Assembly (NCBI GenBank): GCA_963718615.1 | Contig: OY970368.1 | Span: 3,232,001 to 3,296,000 of the forward strand | Source: an uncultured cyanobacterium | GTDB taxonomy: Bacteria > Cyanobacteriota > Cyanobacteriia > PCC-9006 > JAAUQQ01 | DNA length: 64,000 nucleotides | Direction of reading: 5' to 3' | In this document: piece after piece, positions 30,344 through 40,390 of the stretch | Numbering within the stretch: position 1 is the stretch's first letter | Layout: each line of letters begins with the position of its first letter | The notes under the pieces: model-generated | What the model saw: the letters and a program-made list of their open reading frames with translations, nothing else | The model's database searches: none | Told to the model about the DNA's origin: nothing | Made by a program: the position numbers and the translations under genes

Positions 30344-31888
30344 ATGGCGGCAGAGAACGTAACCACGCTCTTAATCAGTCTGATTGCCCTCGGCACCCTT
30401 GTCTGGGGCTATTTCCGTAGCCGCGCCTTTGGCAAACTGGGGATGCTAGCTTGGCTTCAATCCGTTTTATTGATGGCTCCCTGGCTGCTGTTTTTCGGTT
30501 TGTTTGCTCTTGGCATTTATCTCAATTTCGTGGCGGTTCTGCTACTGTTTGTCGTGGCCACGGGGGTTTATATCTACCTGGGCCGAAAAATGCGAGATCT
30601 GGGTCAAAACGAGCTGATTCGCCAACGCTTAGAACGCATGTTGGAGCAATCCAATGAAACCTCAGGGACAGAGAACGGCAGTTCCACCCCCGGTGATGCT
30701 TCCTCAGACCCAGGCCGAGACTCAGGCCGCAGCTTCGACCTGCCTGAGGTCCATCCCATTCCCAGCGAAGATCTCAAAGCCATTCAAGGCATCTTTGGAA
30801 TTGATACCTTTTTTGCCACAGAAACCATTCCCTACCAAGAAGGGGCCATCTTTAAAGGGAATCTCCGAGGCGAACCCGAAGAAACCCTCGCTCGCCTAGA
30901 AAAAAGCTTGCAGGACCGCCTTCAGGATCGCTATCGTCTCTATCTGATTCATGGCCCTGAAGACCGTCCGGTCGTCGTCATCCTGCCCACCCGCAGCGAG
31001 CCCAAACCCGCAACCCTTGGCCAATGGGTCCTTGCGGGGGCGCTTGCCTTGGCGACGGTGGTAACCGCGCTGGAGCGGGCGGGTCTCCAATACAACTTTG
31101 AAATTTTTGAACAACCCAGCCGCTGGGCTGAAACCCTGCCGATTGGTCTCTGTCTTCTCCTCGTCCTCGCCGCTCACGAAGCAGGCCATTGGTGGATGGC
31201 CCGTCGGCATGGGGCACGGTTAGGGCCTTCGTTTTTGATTCCGGCTTGGCAGTTGGGGTCCTTTGGAGCCATTACTCGCATTGAGTCGGTCCTAGCCAAT
31301 CGCACGGCGCTTTTTGATATTGCCTTTGCGGGGCCAGCGGCGGGCGGTTTGCTGTCTCTGCTGTTTCTGGTGGTGGGTCTGTTTCTCTCTCCCCAGGCCG
31401 GGAGCGTGCCGCTGCCTTCGGAGGTTCTCCAGGGATCATTGCTGGTCGGAACGTTAGCTCGCACGATTTTGGGCCACAATTTGCAAGACTTGACGATTCA
31501 AATTCATCCCTTTGTAGTGGTGGGTTGGTTAGGCTTGGTGATTACGGCACTCAATCTGATTCCCGCCGGTCAACTGGATGGCGGGCGTTTGATTCAGGCC
31601 GTCTATGGGCGGAAGATGGCGGGCCGCACCACCTTTGTGAGTTTGGTGGGATTAGCGATTTTTTCCTTGGCCAATCCGGTGGCGCTGTACTGGTCGATTG
31701 TGGTGTTGTTCTTGCAGCGGCAACCGGAGCGGCCCAGCCAAAATGAGCTGACGGAACCGGATGATACCCGAGCGGCATTGTGTTTATTGGCCTTGTTTTT
31801 GATGTTGACGGTGTTGCTACCCCTGTCGCCGGGATTGGCGGGGCGGTTGGGGATTGGCACGGAGGCTCCGCAGTTGCTGCCCTTTTAG
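30344..31888 (+). CDS. Site-2 metalloprotease (M50, EGY-like)
   Basis: HEAGH, IAFAGP, NLIPAGQLDGG. Confidence 0.93.
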   Translation: MAAENVTTLLISLIALGTLVWGYFRSRAFGKLGMLAWLQSVLLMAPWLLFFGLFALGIYLNFVAVLLLFVVATGVYIYLGRKMRDLGQNELIRQRLERMLEQSNETSGTENGSSTPGDASSDPGRDSGRSFDLPEVHPIPSEDLKAIQGIFGIDTFFATETIPYQEGAIFKGNLRGEPEETLARLEKSLQDRLQDRYRLYLIHGPEDRPVVVILPTRSEPKPATLGQWVLAGALALATVVTALERAGLQYNFEIFEQPSRWAETLPIGLCLLLVLAAHEAGHWWMARRHGARLGPSFLIPAWQLGSFGAITRIESVLANRTALFDIAFAGPAAGGLLSLLFLVVGLFLSPQAGSVPLPSEVLQGSLLVGTLARTILGHNLQDLTIQIHPFVVVGWLGLVITALNLIPAGQLDGGRLIQAVYGRKMAGRTTFVSLVGLAIFSLANPVALYWSIVVLFLQRQPERPSQNELTEPDDTRAALCLLALFLMLTVLLPLSPGLAGRLGIGTEAPQLLPF

Positions 31889-31909
31889 CGAGGGGCTTAG
31901 GGGCTGGGG

Positions 31910-34801
31910 CTAACTCTTTACGATCGTCACGGTTCCTGTGGTTCCATCGAGCCTCACCCGCTGTCCCTCCCGAAGCCTTTGGGTTGCCTGGGTAAGGTCC
32001 ATCACCGCTGGAATTCCATATTCCCGCGCCACGATCGCCCCATGGGATAACCGCCCCCCCACCTCTGCAATCACCCCCGCAGCCTGGGCCAACAACGGAG
32101 CCCAACCCGAGTCCGTGTAAGGAACCACAATAATCGTCTGGGGGGGAATGGCTTCACTGCCCGTCACTTGGCGAAAGATGCGGATGGTGCCTTCCACTTG
32201 GCCTGCACTGGCTCCAATCCCCTGGAGTTGGTTGGCGGAAGCCGTGATTGGGTCGAGGCTAGCGCTGGGACGAGGGGGTTCTTGGCCATACACCAGGGTG
32301 GCGACGGATTCGGTTTGGTCTATGGAAAATTGAGTTTTGCGGGTTTGGAGGACCGAGCGCCAAGCCGGTTTCAGGGTCTCCAAATCCTCGGCTGTTAGGC
32401 CTTCAAGGCGTTGCGGGACTGCACCGATCGCCTGGATCTGAGCTTCAATTTCAGCCCGTTCTAAAAAGAAGATATCACCGGGGTCTTCTAGCCAACCCAG
32501 CGCTAGCCATTGCTGTTCTAGGGCCACAAAGCTCCAGCGCAGCTCGGCGAGCAAACGGCTGTAGGTTTCGGTAACACGGCCTTTGAGATCAACGCGATTT
32601 TGGACGGACTTGGGGGCGGATCTTTGGCGTTTGCCCGAGTTGGGGCCGGAGGTGGGGACAACTGTCGGTTCCTGTCGAGGTTGGGGCTGCCGGAGCAGTG
32701 CTTCAATGGGGCGGGGGTCTTCGCGCCAAGTGGGAACGGCGATATCGGTGCCCACTTGGCTTAGGTAGCCGTATTCCTTGAGAAAGTCGTCTAGGGTGGG
32801 TTGGGGCTGAGCGCGCAATGCCGCTAGCGCCGCAATCTCCGGCGAAGCGGCATAGTCCAAATCTTCATCTGCAACCTTAAAGATGCCTTGGCGAATCGCT
32901 GCACTCAGGGGAGCCAAAATGCTGTAATAGGTCGCCTTCTCTAGCTGTTGTAAAAGCAGCTCAATCCGAGACCAGATCTCCAGGGGGGTCAGGGTCTCTG
33001 GGGGTTGGGAGGGGAGCGATCGCAACACCGGTCCAAACAAGGCTTGCTGATCCCGCGCAAAATCCTTTTCCAGTGACCCCTCCCGCCGCAGCAAGCGCCA
33101 TAAACCCGGCGCACTTTTTAAGGTCGATTTTAACGGCGGTTTTGAGAACTTCGCCCCCCGCGTCAAAAATTCTAAACTCTCCGGCGGCAACCCCATGCGC
33201 AAAAAGATTTCGCCCAACAGCGAAGCATTGAAATAGGCATGGGCGTGGTGTAGGGTTGCAGTCTGGTCAAAGTTTAGGTCGGTGGCGCGATCGCCCAAGA
33301 CCAACGTAAACAACTCCCCCCACACCCCACAGGTTAAGGGCTGATTAATTGACCAAGTGAGCGGACGAATTGCCCCTGGAATCACCTCCGCCGCAATTTT
33401 GCGCGTCCAAATCGGCAGCATTGTCGTGATGGGTCGCGCCTGTAGCAACCACAACTGCTCGCCATCGTAGGTCCATTCAATATCTTGCGGGATACCGTGG
33501 TAACGGGCTTCCAAATGTCGTGCTAGATAGGCAACTTGCTCTAGCAACCAGCCTGGAACATCGCCTGACGTTGTAGCGCTCCGAACTGTCACGGTTGTTT
33601 CTGGGGGGAGCTTCCAACTCTCCGCTTCAGCCAGTTGCCAATCCAGTTGCTCTGGCAGCTGAGCCCGGTATTGCTCCGGCGTAATTTTGCCAGATACCAC
33701 CGCGCTCGTGGGTCCGGCGATCGCCTCAATCACCACCACCCCAGGCTCCTGGGTCACGGGATCCCGACTAAAGGCCACACCGGAATAAACCCCCTGGACC
33801 TGTCGCTGGACGATGACCGCCATGGCTTCCTCCTCCAGACCCCGATCCTCCCGGTACTGTCGGGCAGTAGCGGCATTGTAGGAGGCGAAACAGCGGGCGA
33901 TCGCCTCCGCCAACTGATACCGACTGGTCAACTGCAACACGCTCAAATACTGCCCCGCCGCTGAAGCCTGGGCCGAGTCTTCCCCAATCGCTGAAGACCG
34001 AACCGCATAGGGCTCCTGCTCCGAAATCGGCACCGCCTGGATCAAAATCTCCGGGTCATCCCCCGGCGGCAACACCCAGCCCCCCGGCACCGGATAGCCC
34101 CAGGCTTGCAGTTGTGCCAAGGTCGCGGCTTTGCCGCCCACCTTTTGGGGGGAGAGGGGTTTGTCTAGGGCGATGAGCGATCGCTCCCCCCGAAAAAATG
34201 TAAACAGACTTTGCCCTGAGGCACTGTCCGGCTTGAGGTCAAGATCGTCAGGCATTTGGTTCAAAATCCAGTAGAGTAACCCGCACAGTAACGCCGCCGC
34301 CAGCCCGCGCCCGGACTGGGGATGCAGCAAAAACAGCATCAGGGGCATGAGCAGCAGGGCAACAACACGGCCCTGCTGGCGCTGGCGAAAAATCGTAAAG
34401 CTGATGCCGCTGAGGAAGAAGGCGATCGCCGTCGCCACCCAGTCATGGACAAAAAAGCCCCAAAAGGCATTCGTCGTTCCGGCCCCGCGCCCGCCCCAGT
34501 AACGGCCCATGACCAACGCCATCAGACCAATGATCTCCCAGGAGGAACCCAGGGGAAAAAATTGGCGTACCAATAGGACTGTTACAACGCCTTTGCCCGC
34601 TTCCGCGAGGACAGCCAGAATACCTGCGGTTTTGCCGCCGTGGTAGAAAGCGGCGGAGACGCCGACGTTGCCGGTGCCGATCTGGGAGAGCTTTTTGTGG
34701 GCGATCGCCTCCACGATCCAGCCGGTGAGCGGCAAGGCCCCCAGAATCGGACAAAGTACAAAAATCAGAAAAACACCACCGACTTGGGCAAGGGTCAACA
34801 T
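31910..34801 (-). CDS. PlsY-like membrane domain fused to a PEP-synthase-type ATP-grasp and phospho-His swivel domain
   Basis: GTGNVG, GRGAGT; VGGKAATL, VRSSAIGED, DIEW..LLQARPIT; GGRLSHGAIVAREYGIPAV. Confidence 0.88.
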   Translation of the reverse strand: MLTLAQVGGVFLIFVLCPILGALPLTGWIVEAIAHKKLSQIGTGNVGVSAAFYHGGKTAGILAVLAEAGKGVVTVLLVRQFFPLGSSWEIIGLMALVMGRYWGGRGAGTTNAFWGFFVHDWVATAIAFFLSGISFTIFRQRQQGRVVALLLMPLMLFLLHPQSGRGLAAALLCGLLYWILNQMPDDLDLKPDSASGQSLFTFFRGERSLIALDKPLSPQKVGGKAATLAQLQAWGYPVPGGWVLPPGDDPEILIQAVPISEQEPYAVRSSAIGEDSAQASAAGQYLSVLQLTSRYQLAEAIARCFASYNAATARQYREDRGLEEEAMAVIVQRQVQGVYSGVAFSRDPVTQEPGVVVIEAIAGPTSAVVSGKITPEQYRAQLPEQLDWQLAEAESWKLPPETTVTVRSATTSGDVPGWLLEQVAYLARHLEARYHGIPQDIEWTYDGEQLWLLQARPITTMLPIWTRKIAAEVIPGAIRPLTWSINQPLTCGVWGELFTLVLGDRATDLNFDQTATLHHAHAYFNASLLGEIFLRMGLPPESLEFLTRGAKFSKPPLKSTLKSAPGLWRLLRREGSLEKDFARDQQALFGPVLRSLPSQPPETLTPLEIWSRIELLLQQLEKATYYSILAPLSAAIRQGIFKVADEDLDYAASPEIAALAALRAQPQPTLDDFLKEYGYLSQVGTDIAVPTWREDPRPIEALLRQPQPRQEPTVVPTSGPNSGKRQRSAPKSVQNRVDLKGRVTETYSRLLAELRWSFVALEQQWLALGWLEDPGDIFFLERAEIEAQIQAIGAVPQRLEGLTAEDLETLKPAWRSVLQTRKTQFSIDQTESVATLVYGQEPPRPSASLDPITASANQLQGIGASAGQVEGTIRIFRQVTGSEAIPPQTIIVVPYTDSGWAPLLAQAAGVIAEVGGRLSHGAIVAREYGIPAVMDLTQATQRLREGQRVRLDGTTGTVTIVKS

Positions 34802-34851
34802 AAGAGTTCTGGGGGGAGGACGATTTTGCTGTGATGCCTAAGCAACCAAGT

Positions 34852-35379
34852 TTAAGCAACCAAGTTTCTGAAGTGATCTTGGAGGTTAGATTCAACTTTT
34901 TGCCAATTTCGGGTGATGTTAGCGTCCATATTTGTTTTGGCGATTTCCAACAGCGTTTCATCAAAGACGTAGGCTTTCGCCTGCTTCAACCAAGTTAAGA
35001 TTTCCGCCAGATGCCAGATGGAGGGTGTGCCTTCATAAACAGGCTGTGGAGCTCCGGGGTCGTTGGTAACGACTAGTTTTCTAATATTTTGTCGGGTGCA
35101 TCCTAACAGTTTGGCAACGTCTGTCAGACCGACGAGATCAGGGGTTGCTTCGGCTAAGGTTGCTTGGGGAAGGACGGCTTTGATAGTTGCGATCGCACTC
35201 GATATCGCCTCATAGGCCGACGGGGCTTCACGGGTGAAGTGGAGGAAAATAAATCCCGGCTTGCCCATGCTGATGAGAGCATCGTCACAGCCTTCTCTGT
35301 ATAATAACTCGATGTAACTTTCGGGATCAGCCTGACGATTGTTGAGGTTGAACTTTAGGGTAAAGTCGTATCTGGCCAT
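34852..35379 (-). CDS. Antitoxin-like DNA-binding protein (AlpA-like HTH)
   Basis: LYREGCDDA, FTREA, PDLVGLTDVAKLLGCTRQNIRKL, WHLAEIL. Confidence 0.8.
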   Translation of the reverse strand: MARYDFTLKFNLNNRQADPESYIELLYREGCDDALISMGKPGFIFLHFTREAPSAYEAISSAIATIKAVLPQATLAEATPDLVGLTDVAKLLGCTRQNIRKLVVTNDPGAPQPVYEGTPSIWHLAEILTWLKQAKAYVFDETLLEIAKTNMDANITRNWQKVESNLQDHFRNLVA

Positions 35380-35481
35380 GGTTTATGACTCTGCCTCAAG
35401 TGTGGTTTCTGGCGGGTGATGGGTAGGAGCATCGGGGCTTGGGTCATCTCCTACTGGCACAGGCTAGCCTTCTGGGAGTCA

Positions 35482-35499
35482 GGTTGTCAAGTGACAACC
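35482..35499. promoter_or_regulatory. Palindromic operator
   Basis: GGTTGTCA-AG-TGACAACC about 100 bp upstream of the HTH gene. Confidence 0.55.
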
Positions 35500-35650
35500 C
35501 GGCTTGGTGCGCTTGGGAACAAAGTCTCATTAAGATGAGGAGGCAGGTGCTGGGGTTGATGGGTTTGAGATTTGCGATCGCCACTTGCTCAATCAGTGCC
35601 TTGATCGATCGGTGTAAATTTTTTAGCAGTAGAGAATAAATGGGAATTTA

Positions 35651-36310
35651 ATGAACACTAAAAGTACCCAAGTAGAAGCTGGACAAGCGGTGTACACCCA
35701 GCAGACACTGGCTGTCTACGACTTCATCGTACTTGGTCTTTCAAACCAATTTGTTTGGCAATGCCCGACTCAACGGCTTGTGAAGCACTACGACCAACTC
35801 GTGACAGCCAATCATCTAGATGTTGGAGTAGGGACAGGCTACTTTCTTGATCAGTGCCAGTTTCCCTCCCCTACGCCGCGTATTACATTGATGGACCTCA
35901 ATCAGAATACACTAGAGTTTGCTTCCCAGCGTATTGCGCGATATAACCCCAAAACCTATCGTCAAAATGTTTTAGAGCCTATTAACTTAGATACGGAAAA
36001 GTTTGATTCGGTAGGAATCAACTACCTACTCCATTGCATTCCGGGCACCCTTGAGACAAAGTCGGCTGCTATCGATTATCTCAAGGCTTTGATGAATCCT
36101 GGTGCAGTTCTTTTTGGTTCAACCATTTTACAGGGTGACGTGCCCGTCAATGGGTTCGCCAAGCATTTGATGGCTGCTTACAACCAAAAAGGAATCTTTT
36201 CAAACCAAAACGACACCCTCAAAGACTTGAAGAGTATCCTTAATCAGAGATTTAAAGATGTCTCTGTTGAGGTTATCGGCTGCGTTGCACTTTTTTCAGG
36301 CCGAGTCTGA
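35651..36310 (+). CDS. Class I SAM-dependent methyltransferase
   Basis: HLDVGVGTGY, LMDLN, FDSVGINYLLHC. Confidence 0.88.
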   Translation: MNTKSTQVEAGQAVYTQQTLAVYDFIVLGLSNQFVWQCPTQRLVKHYDQLVTANHLDVGVGTGYFLDQCQFPSPTPRITLMDLNQNTLEFASQRIARYNPKTYRQNVLEPINLDTEKFDSVGINYLLHCIPGTLETKSAAIDYLKALMNPGAVLFGSTILQGDVPVNGFAKHLMAAYNQKGIFSNQNDTLKDLKSILNQRFKDVSVEVIGCVALFSGRV

Positions 36311-36392
36311 AGCCTAACGTAGGTCCTTAAATCCCCTTCGCGCTACTGCCTCCCACCTTACTGCACTTCCCCTAGAATGCCCTAGCGTGAAA

Positions 36393-38216
36393 TCATTGCC
36401 CGAGCAACTGAAGCTGATACAAACTGGCGTAGAGCCCCTGCTGATCGAGCAATTCTTCATGGGAACCCGATTCCACAAGCTGTCCCTGCTTCAAGACCAG
36501 AATCCGATCTACATTGCGAATCGTGGACAGACGGTGGGCAATAATAATCGCTGTTCGATCGACTAAAAGCGTTTCTAAAGCCGCTTGAATATCAGCCTCC
36601 GTCCCCACATCCAGATTCGAGGTTGCCTCATCTAACACCAAAATACTTGGATTGCGAATCGCCACCCGAGCAAAGGCCAAAAGCTGCTTTTGTCCCCCCG
36701 AAAGATTCGAGCCCCGCTGGCGTAATTCCGTATCATAGCCCTGGGGTAATTGCTCAATGAACGAGGCAACATTCGTCCGTTCCGCAGCCGATTGAATCGC
36801 TTCAAAGGGATAGGATTCTCCCAGGGAAATATTGCTTTTCACATCCCCCGCAAACAGAAAGCCATCTTGCAAAATCACACCAATGTGACGGCGCAGCTCC
36901 TGCTGGGGTAAATCCCGAATATCAATACCATCGACTAAAATGCGGCCTCGACTCGGTTCATACAGACGACAAAGCAATCGAATAATTGAACTTTTCCCCG
37001 CTCCCGTGGGTCCCACTAGCGCAATTTTTTCACCGGGCTTAATTTCAAAATCTAGGTCCTTCAGTACATACTCATCCGGCTTATACCCAAACCAAACCCG
37101 CTCAAACCGAATTGACCCTTGTTGATGACCATCATCTGGGGGAAGCTGGGCGAGATTATCGAGGCGATCGCGAATATCAATCGGCTCATTCAGCAAATCG
37201 CTAATCCGTTCAACCGCAGTCAGACCCGCCTGAATCGACGTAAACTTTTCCGCAAGTTGACGCAGGGGATCAAATAACCGCTGAGCAAACAAAATGAACG
37301 ATGCCAATTTACCCAGACCCAGTGGCCCTTCCAGCACTAGCAACCCACCCACATAGAGGACCCCGGCGATCGCCGCCAGAGAAATCCACTCCAACGTGGC
37401 AGAAATGGCCGAATCATTAAAAATCGTCTTATCGACTTCGCGAATGTAGCGCTGGTTGGTCGCCCGAAAGATTTCGCTATTGAATCGCTCCCGCCGAAAA
37501 ATCTGCACTACATTAATCCCCAGGACATTTTCCTGGAGCATCGAGTTGAGCACCGACAGTTCCTCCCGCGCCTTGTAGTTAGCCTTGCGGTAGCGCTGCT
37601 GAAAGAACACAATCAGCGCCGTCACGGGCAAGAGCATCACCGTCAGCATCAGCGCCAACTGCCATTGCAGCAAAAACATCATGACGACAATGGTAATCAG
37701 CGAAAAGAGATCGCTGACAATGCCGATCGCCCCCGTCGAAAACACATCCCCCAGGGCCTCAACATCACTGGTCAATCGCGTAATCAATCGCCCCACAGGC
37801 GTGCGGTCAAAGAAGCGCACGGCTAAGGACGTGACATGCTCAAACAGATCCGCCCGAATCGCCGCTGTGACCCGCTGACCCACTTCCTGGACGAGATAGC
37901 CCTGCCAGCCCCGAAACGCCAGCCGTAGCAAAATCGTCCCCAGCAGCATGAGGGAGAGCCAGTTCAGGCCCTGCGCGAGGGCAGCGCGGTCCAGAAAGGA
38001 AAACATCAAATCATCGCAAACGCTGGCATTTTCCTGGCACTGAATTAGCGAAATGGCCTGACCCAAAATAATCGGTTGGATAGCCCCGGCGATCGCCACC
38101 GGCACGAGCAAAATCAACGAAATCGTCAGCAGTTGGCCATTTTGCTTGGCATAGGGAACAAGCCGCTTGATGAGCTGCCAATCATTTTCGCGGCGACGGG
38201 GGGAAACCAGGGTCAT
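36393..38216 (-). CDS. ABC exporter, fused permease/ATPase
   Basis: Six-TM domain, GPTGAGKS, LSGGQKQ, LDEAT, IAHRL. Confidence 0.95.
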   Translation of the reverse strand: MTLVSPRRRENDWQLIKRLVPYAKQNGQLLTISLILLVPVAIAGAIQPIILGQAISLIQCQENASVCDDLMFSFLDRAALAQGLNWLSLMLLGTILLRLAFRGWQGYLVQEVGQRVTAAIRADLFEHVTSLAVRFFDRTPVGRLITRLTSDVEALGDVFSTGAIGIVSDLFSLITIVVMMFLLQWQLALMLTVMLLPVTALIVFFQQRYRKANYKAREELSVLNSMLQENVLGINVVQIFRRERFNSEIFRATNQRYIREVDKTIFNDSAISATLEWISLAAIAGVLYVGGLLVLEGPLGLGKLASFILFAQRLFDPLRQLAEKFTSIQAGLTAVERISDLLNEPIDIRDRLDNLAQLPPDDGHQQGSIRFERVWFGYKPDEYVLKDLDFEIKPGEKIALVGPTGAGKSSIIRLLCRLYEPSRGRILVDGIDIRDLPQQELRRHIGVILQDGFLFAGDVKSNISLGESYPFEAIQSAAERTNVASFIEQLPQGYDTELRQRGSNLSGGQKQLLAFARVAIRNPSILVLDEATSNLDVGTEADIQAALETLLVDRTAIIIAHRLSTIRNVDRILVLKQGQLVESGSHEELLDQQGLYASLYQLQLLGQ

Positions 38217-38247
38217 AGATGTTCACGGTGAAAGGGTTTTTAGACGT

Positions 38248-39363
38248 TTAAGAATGCAAGGGGGTATCGGGTTGCAAATCTGTTGCGGTGGTTTGGGTCA
38301 AAATCACCTGCCGTCGCTCAGCAATCAGCTTGGGTCGCAGATACAAATTTTCCACCAACACCGACGCCCCTGCAAACCAAGGCGGTACGATCAGTGCCCC
38401 GACAATGCCCAAGAGTTGCGCTCCTCCCAACACCGCCAAAAGCTGATAGAGCGGATGCACGCCGACGGAAGAGCCCACCAGCAGCGGATCCAAAACGTAG
38501 GTCTCCAGATTTTGCACAACCACAAACAAAATCAAGACCCAGAGGGGCACCCAGCCCCCAACAGAAAACGAGACTAGCAGGGCTGGAATTGCCCCCAGAA
38601 GTGGCCCTAGGAATGGAATGAGGTTGGTGAGACCAGCGATCGCCCCCAAGCCAATCGCATATTCCTTCATCCCCAGCAAGCTCAACCCCACCGTAATCCC
38701 AATACCCAACACCACCGACACCAACAGTCGTCCACGAATATAGCCCCCCATACGGCCTCCCACCGGGCGAACCTGGGAAGCTAGGCGGTCTTCCCAGGGT
38801 TGGGGAAACAACTGCAAGAGTCCCCGCAGCAGGGCGCGGCTGTCGGCGACCATATAGCCGGAAATGAGAATAGCGAGAACAATGCTGAGCAGGCTGCCCA
38901 GGATATTACGGGTCAGGCCATAGGATCTCAGGAGTAGGTTTTGGGTCGAGCCGATGACCCACCGCCCGATCGCCTGGGGATCGAGAAACTGACGGATGAG
39001 CTCCGCCTGGGTTTCGCCGAGGCGCAGGGCATTTTCTTCAACCAGGCCCCGAAAGGCTTCGACAAATGTCGGTAACCGCCGAATCAGGGTTTCGATTTGC
39101 TGTAACACCGTCGGCCCAATCACCAAGCCAGCGCCCACCAGGACCAAAATCAGCGCCACGTAGGACACCAGCGTCGCTAGCCAGCGGGGAAAGCGCCAGA
39201 CTTCGAGCTGATCCACGACTGGGGCAATGGACGCCGCCAAAATCACCGCTGTCATGACGATGAGTAAAAGGCTGCGGATTTGCCAGAGGAGGACGGTGCT
39301 GAGGGCGATCGCCCCTAAAACCAAGATGGAAGGCAGGGAAATCGTAAACCGCTGGTCGGACAT
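38248..39363 (-). CDS. AI-2E (PerM) family transporter
   Basis: GYIRG, NLIPFLGP, QNLETYVLDP..VGVHP. Confidence 0.9.
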   Translation of the reverse strand: MSDQRFTISLPSILVLGAIALSTVLLWQIRSLLLIVMTAVILAASIAPVVDQLEVWRFPRWLATLVSYVALILVLVGAGLVIGPTVLQQIETLIRRLPTFVEAFRGLVEENALRLGETQAELIRQFLDPQAIGRWVIGSTQNLLLRSYGLTRNILGSLLSIVLAILISGYMVADSRALLRGLLQLFPQPWEDRLASQVRPVGGRMGGYIRGRLLVSVVLGIGITVGLSLLGMKEYAIGLGAIAGLTNLIPFLGPLLGAIPALLVSFSVGGWVPLWVLILFVVVQNLETYVLDPLLVGSSVGVHPLYQLLAVLGGAQLLGIVGALIVPPWFAGASVLVENLYLRPKLIAERRQVILTQTTATDLQPDTPLHS

Positions 39364-39458
39364 GCAAAGCAATTCCCCGCAGAAGGGTTAAAAGGTGGGC
39401 TGGTGTTATGACCCATATTCTGCATTGTACGCGGGGTGGGGAGGGACAGGGCGGGGGG

Positions 39459-39487
39459 GTCGGGACAGGGCAATGCCCTGTCCCAAC
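39459..39487. repeat. REP-like hairpin
   Basis: GGGACAGGGCA-A-TGCCCTGTCCC inverted repeat. Confidence 0.65.
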
Positions 39488-39534
39488 AGGATTGATGCCC
39501 AGTATCAGCAATGTCAAAAAAAGACCTAATAGGT

Positions 39535-39605
39535 TCAAAAAATTTTAAACAAGGCGCTGTGCGCTAAGAGAGGAAAGAGGGAACAGACTGAAGGGTAGAG
39601 GGTAA
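39535..39605 (-). repeat. Degenerate second copy of the element downstream of the caspase-FGE gene
   Basis: About 70-bp direct repeat of 40931-40999, including GAGGAAAGAGGGAA.AGACTGAAGGGTAGAGGGTAA. Confidence 0.8.
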
Positions 39606-39747
39606 TCTTAGAGCTTTAGCGACAGAACCTTGGCGTTTTAAATACTGAACCTTGAGATTCTCAGGGCCGGAAACCCAGAACCAGCAAGAAATCCAGCTTT
39701 TTTACCGTGTTAAAATGCAGGCTACCCCTGAGCAGGAGGCTAGGCCC

Positions 39748-40320
39748 ATGACCCTCGCAACCTCAAAAAAAATGACCCTCGAAGAGTTTCTGGCCTACGA
39801 CGATGGCACAGACACCCGTTACGAGCTAGAAAACGGAGAACTGATTGCCATGCCTGCGGAGAGCGAAATTAATCGTCGAATCGCCGTCTTTCTCTTGATT
39901 TACTTCAGCCAACTGGGAATTTCGCCAGCACGTCTGACCCTGAAAACTGAAGTTGCGGTCACCAGTACCCGAGTATCCGTTCGAATCCCAGACCTGATGA
40001 TTTTGTCAGAAGAAGGCGCAACGGCTTTAGAAGGCGCGAGTCGCTCCATCGTTCTCCTCGACATGCCGCCCCCCCAGCTTGTGGTCGAAGTTGTCAGCGC
40101 TGGCCAGGAAAAACGAGACTACCGCTACAAACGCACGGAGTATGGCGCGCGGGGCATTGTGGAGTATTGGATTGTAGACCCGATCGCCCAGCAAATCACC
40201 CTGCTGGAATGGGTCGAAGGGTTGTATGAGGAACAAGTTTATGGATTGGGCGATCGCCTCCGCTCCACTCTCTTCCCCGCCTTGGATTTAACTAGCGATC
40301 GCATCCTGAGCGCGCAATAA
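39748..40320 (+). CDS. Uma2 (DUF820) endonuclease-fold protein
   Basis: MTLEEFLAYDDGTDTRYELENGEL, RIPDL, LVVEVVS, EYWIVDP. Confidence 0.93.
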   Translation: MTLATSKKMTLEEFLAYDDGTDTRYELENGELIAMPAESEINRRIAVFLLIYFSQLGISPARLTLKTEVAVTSTRVSVRIPDLMILSEEGATALEGASRSIVLLDMPPPQLVVEVVSAGQEKRDYRYKRTEYGARGIVEYWIVDPIAQQITLLEWVEGLYEEQVYGLGDRLRSTLFPALDLTSDRILSAQ

Positions 40321-40336
40321 TCGTCCGCGCAGCACT

Positions 40337-40390
40337 GTCTTTATTGTGGTTGAGTTCAGCGGTCCTCTCGCACAGGTAGTTCGCAAATGA
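40337..40390 (+). pseudogene. C-terminal remnant of the lost upstream partner gene
   Basis: VFIVVEFSGPLAQVVRK*, whose TGA overlaps the next ATG (ATGA). Confidence 0.4.
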
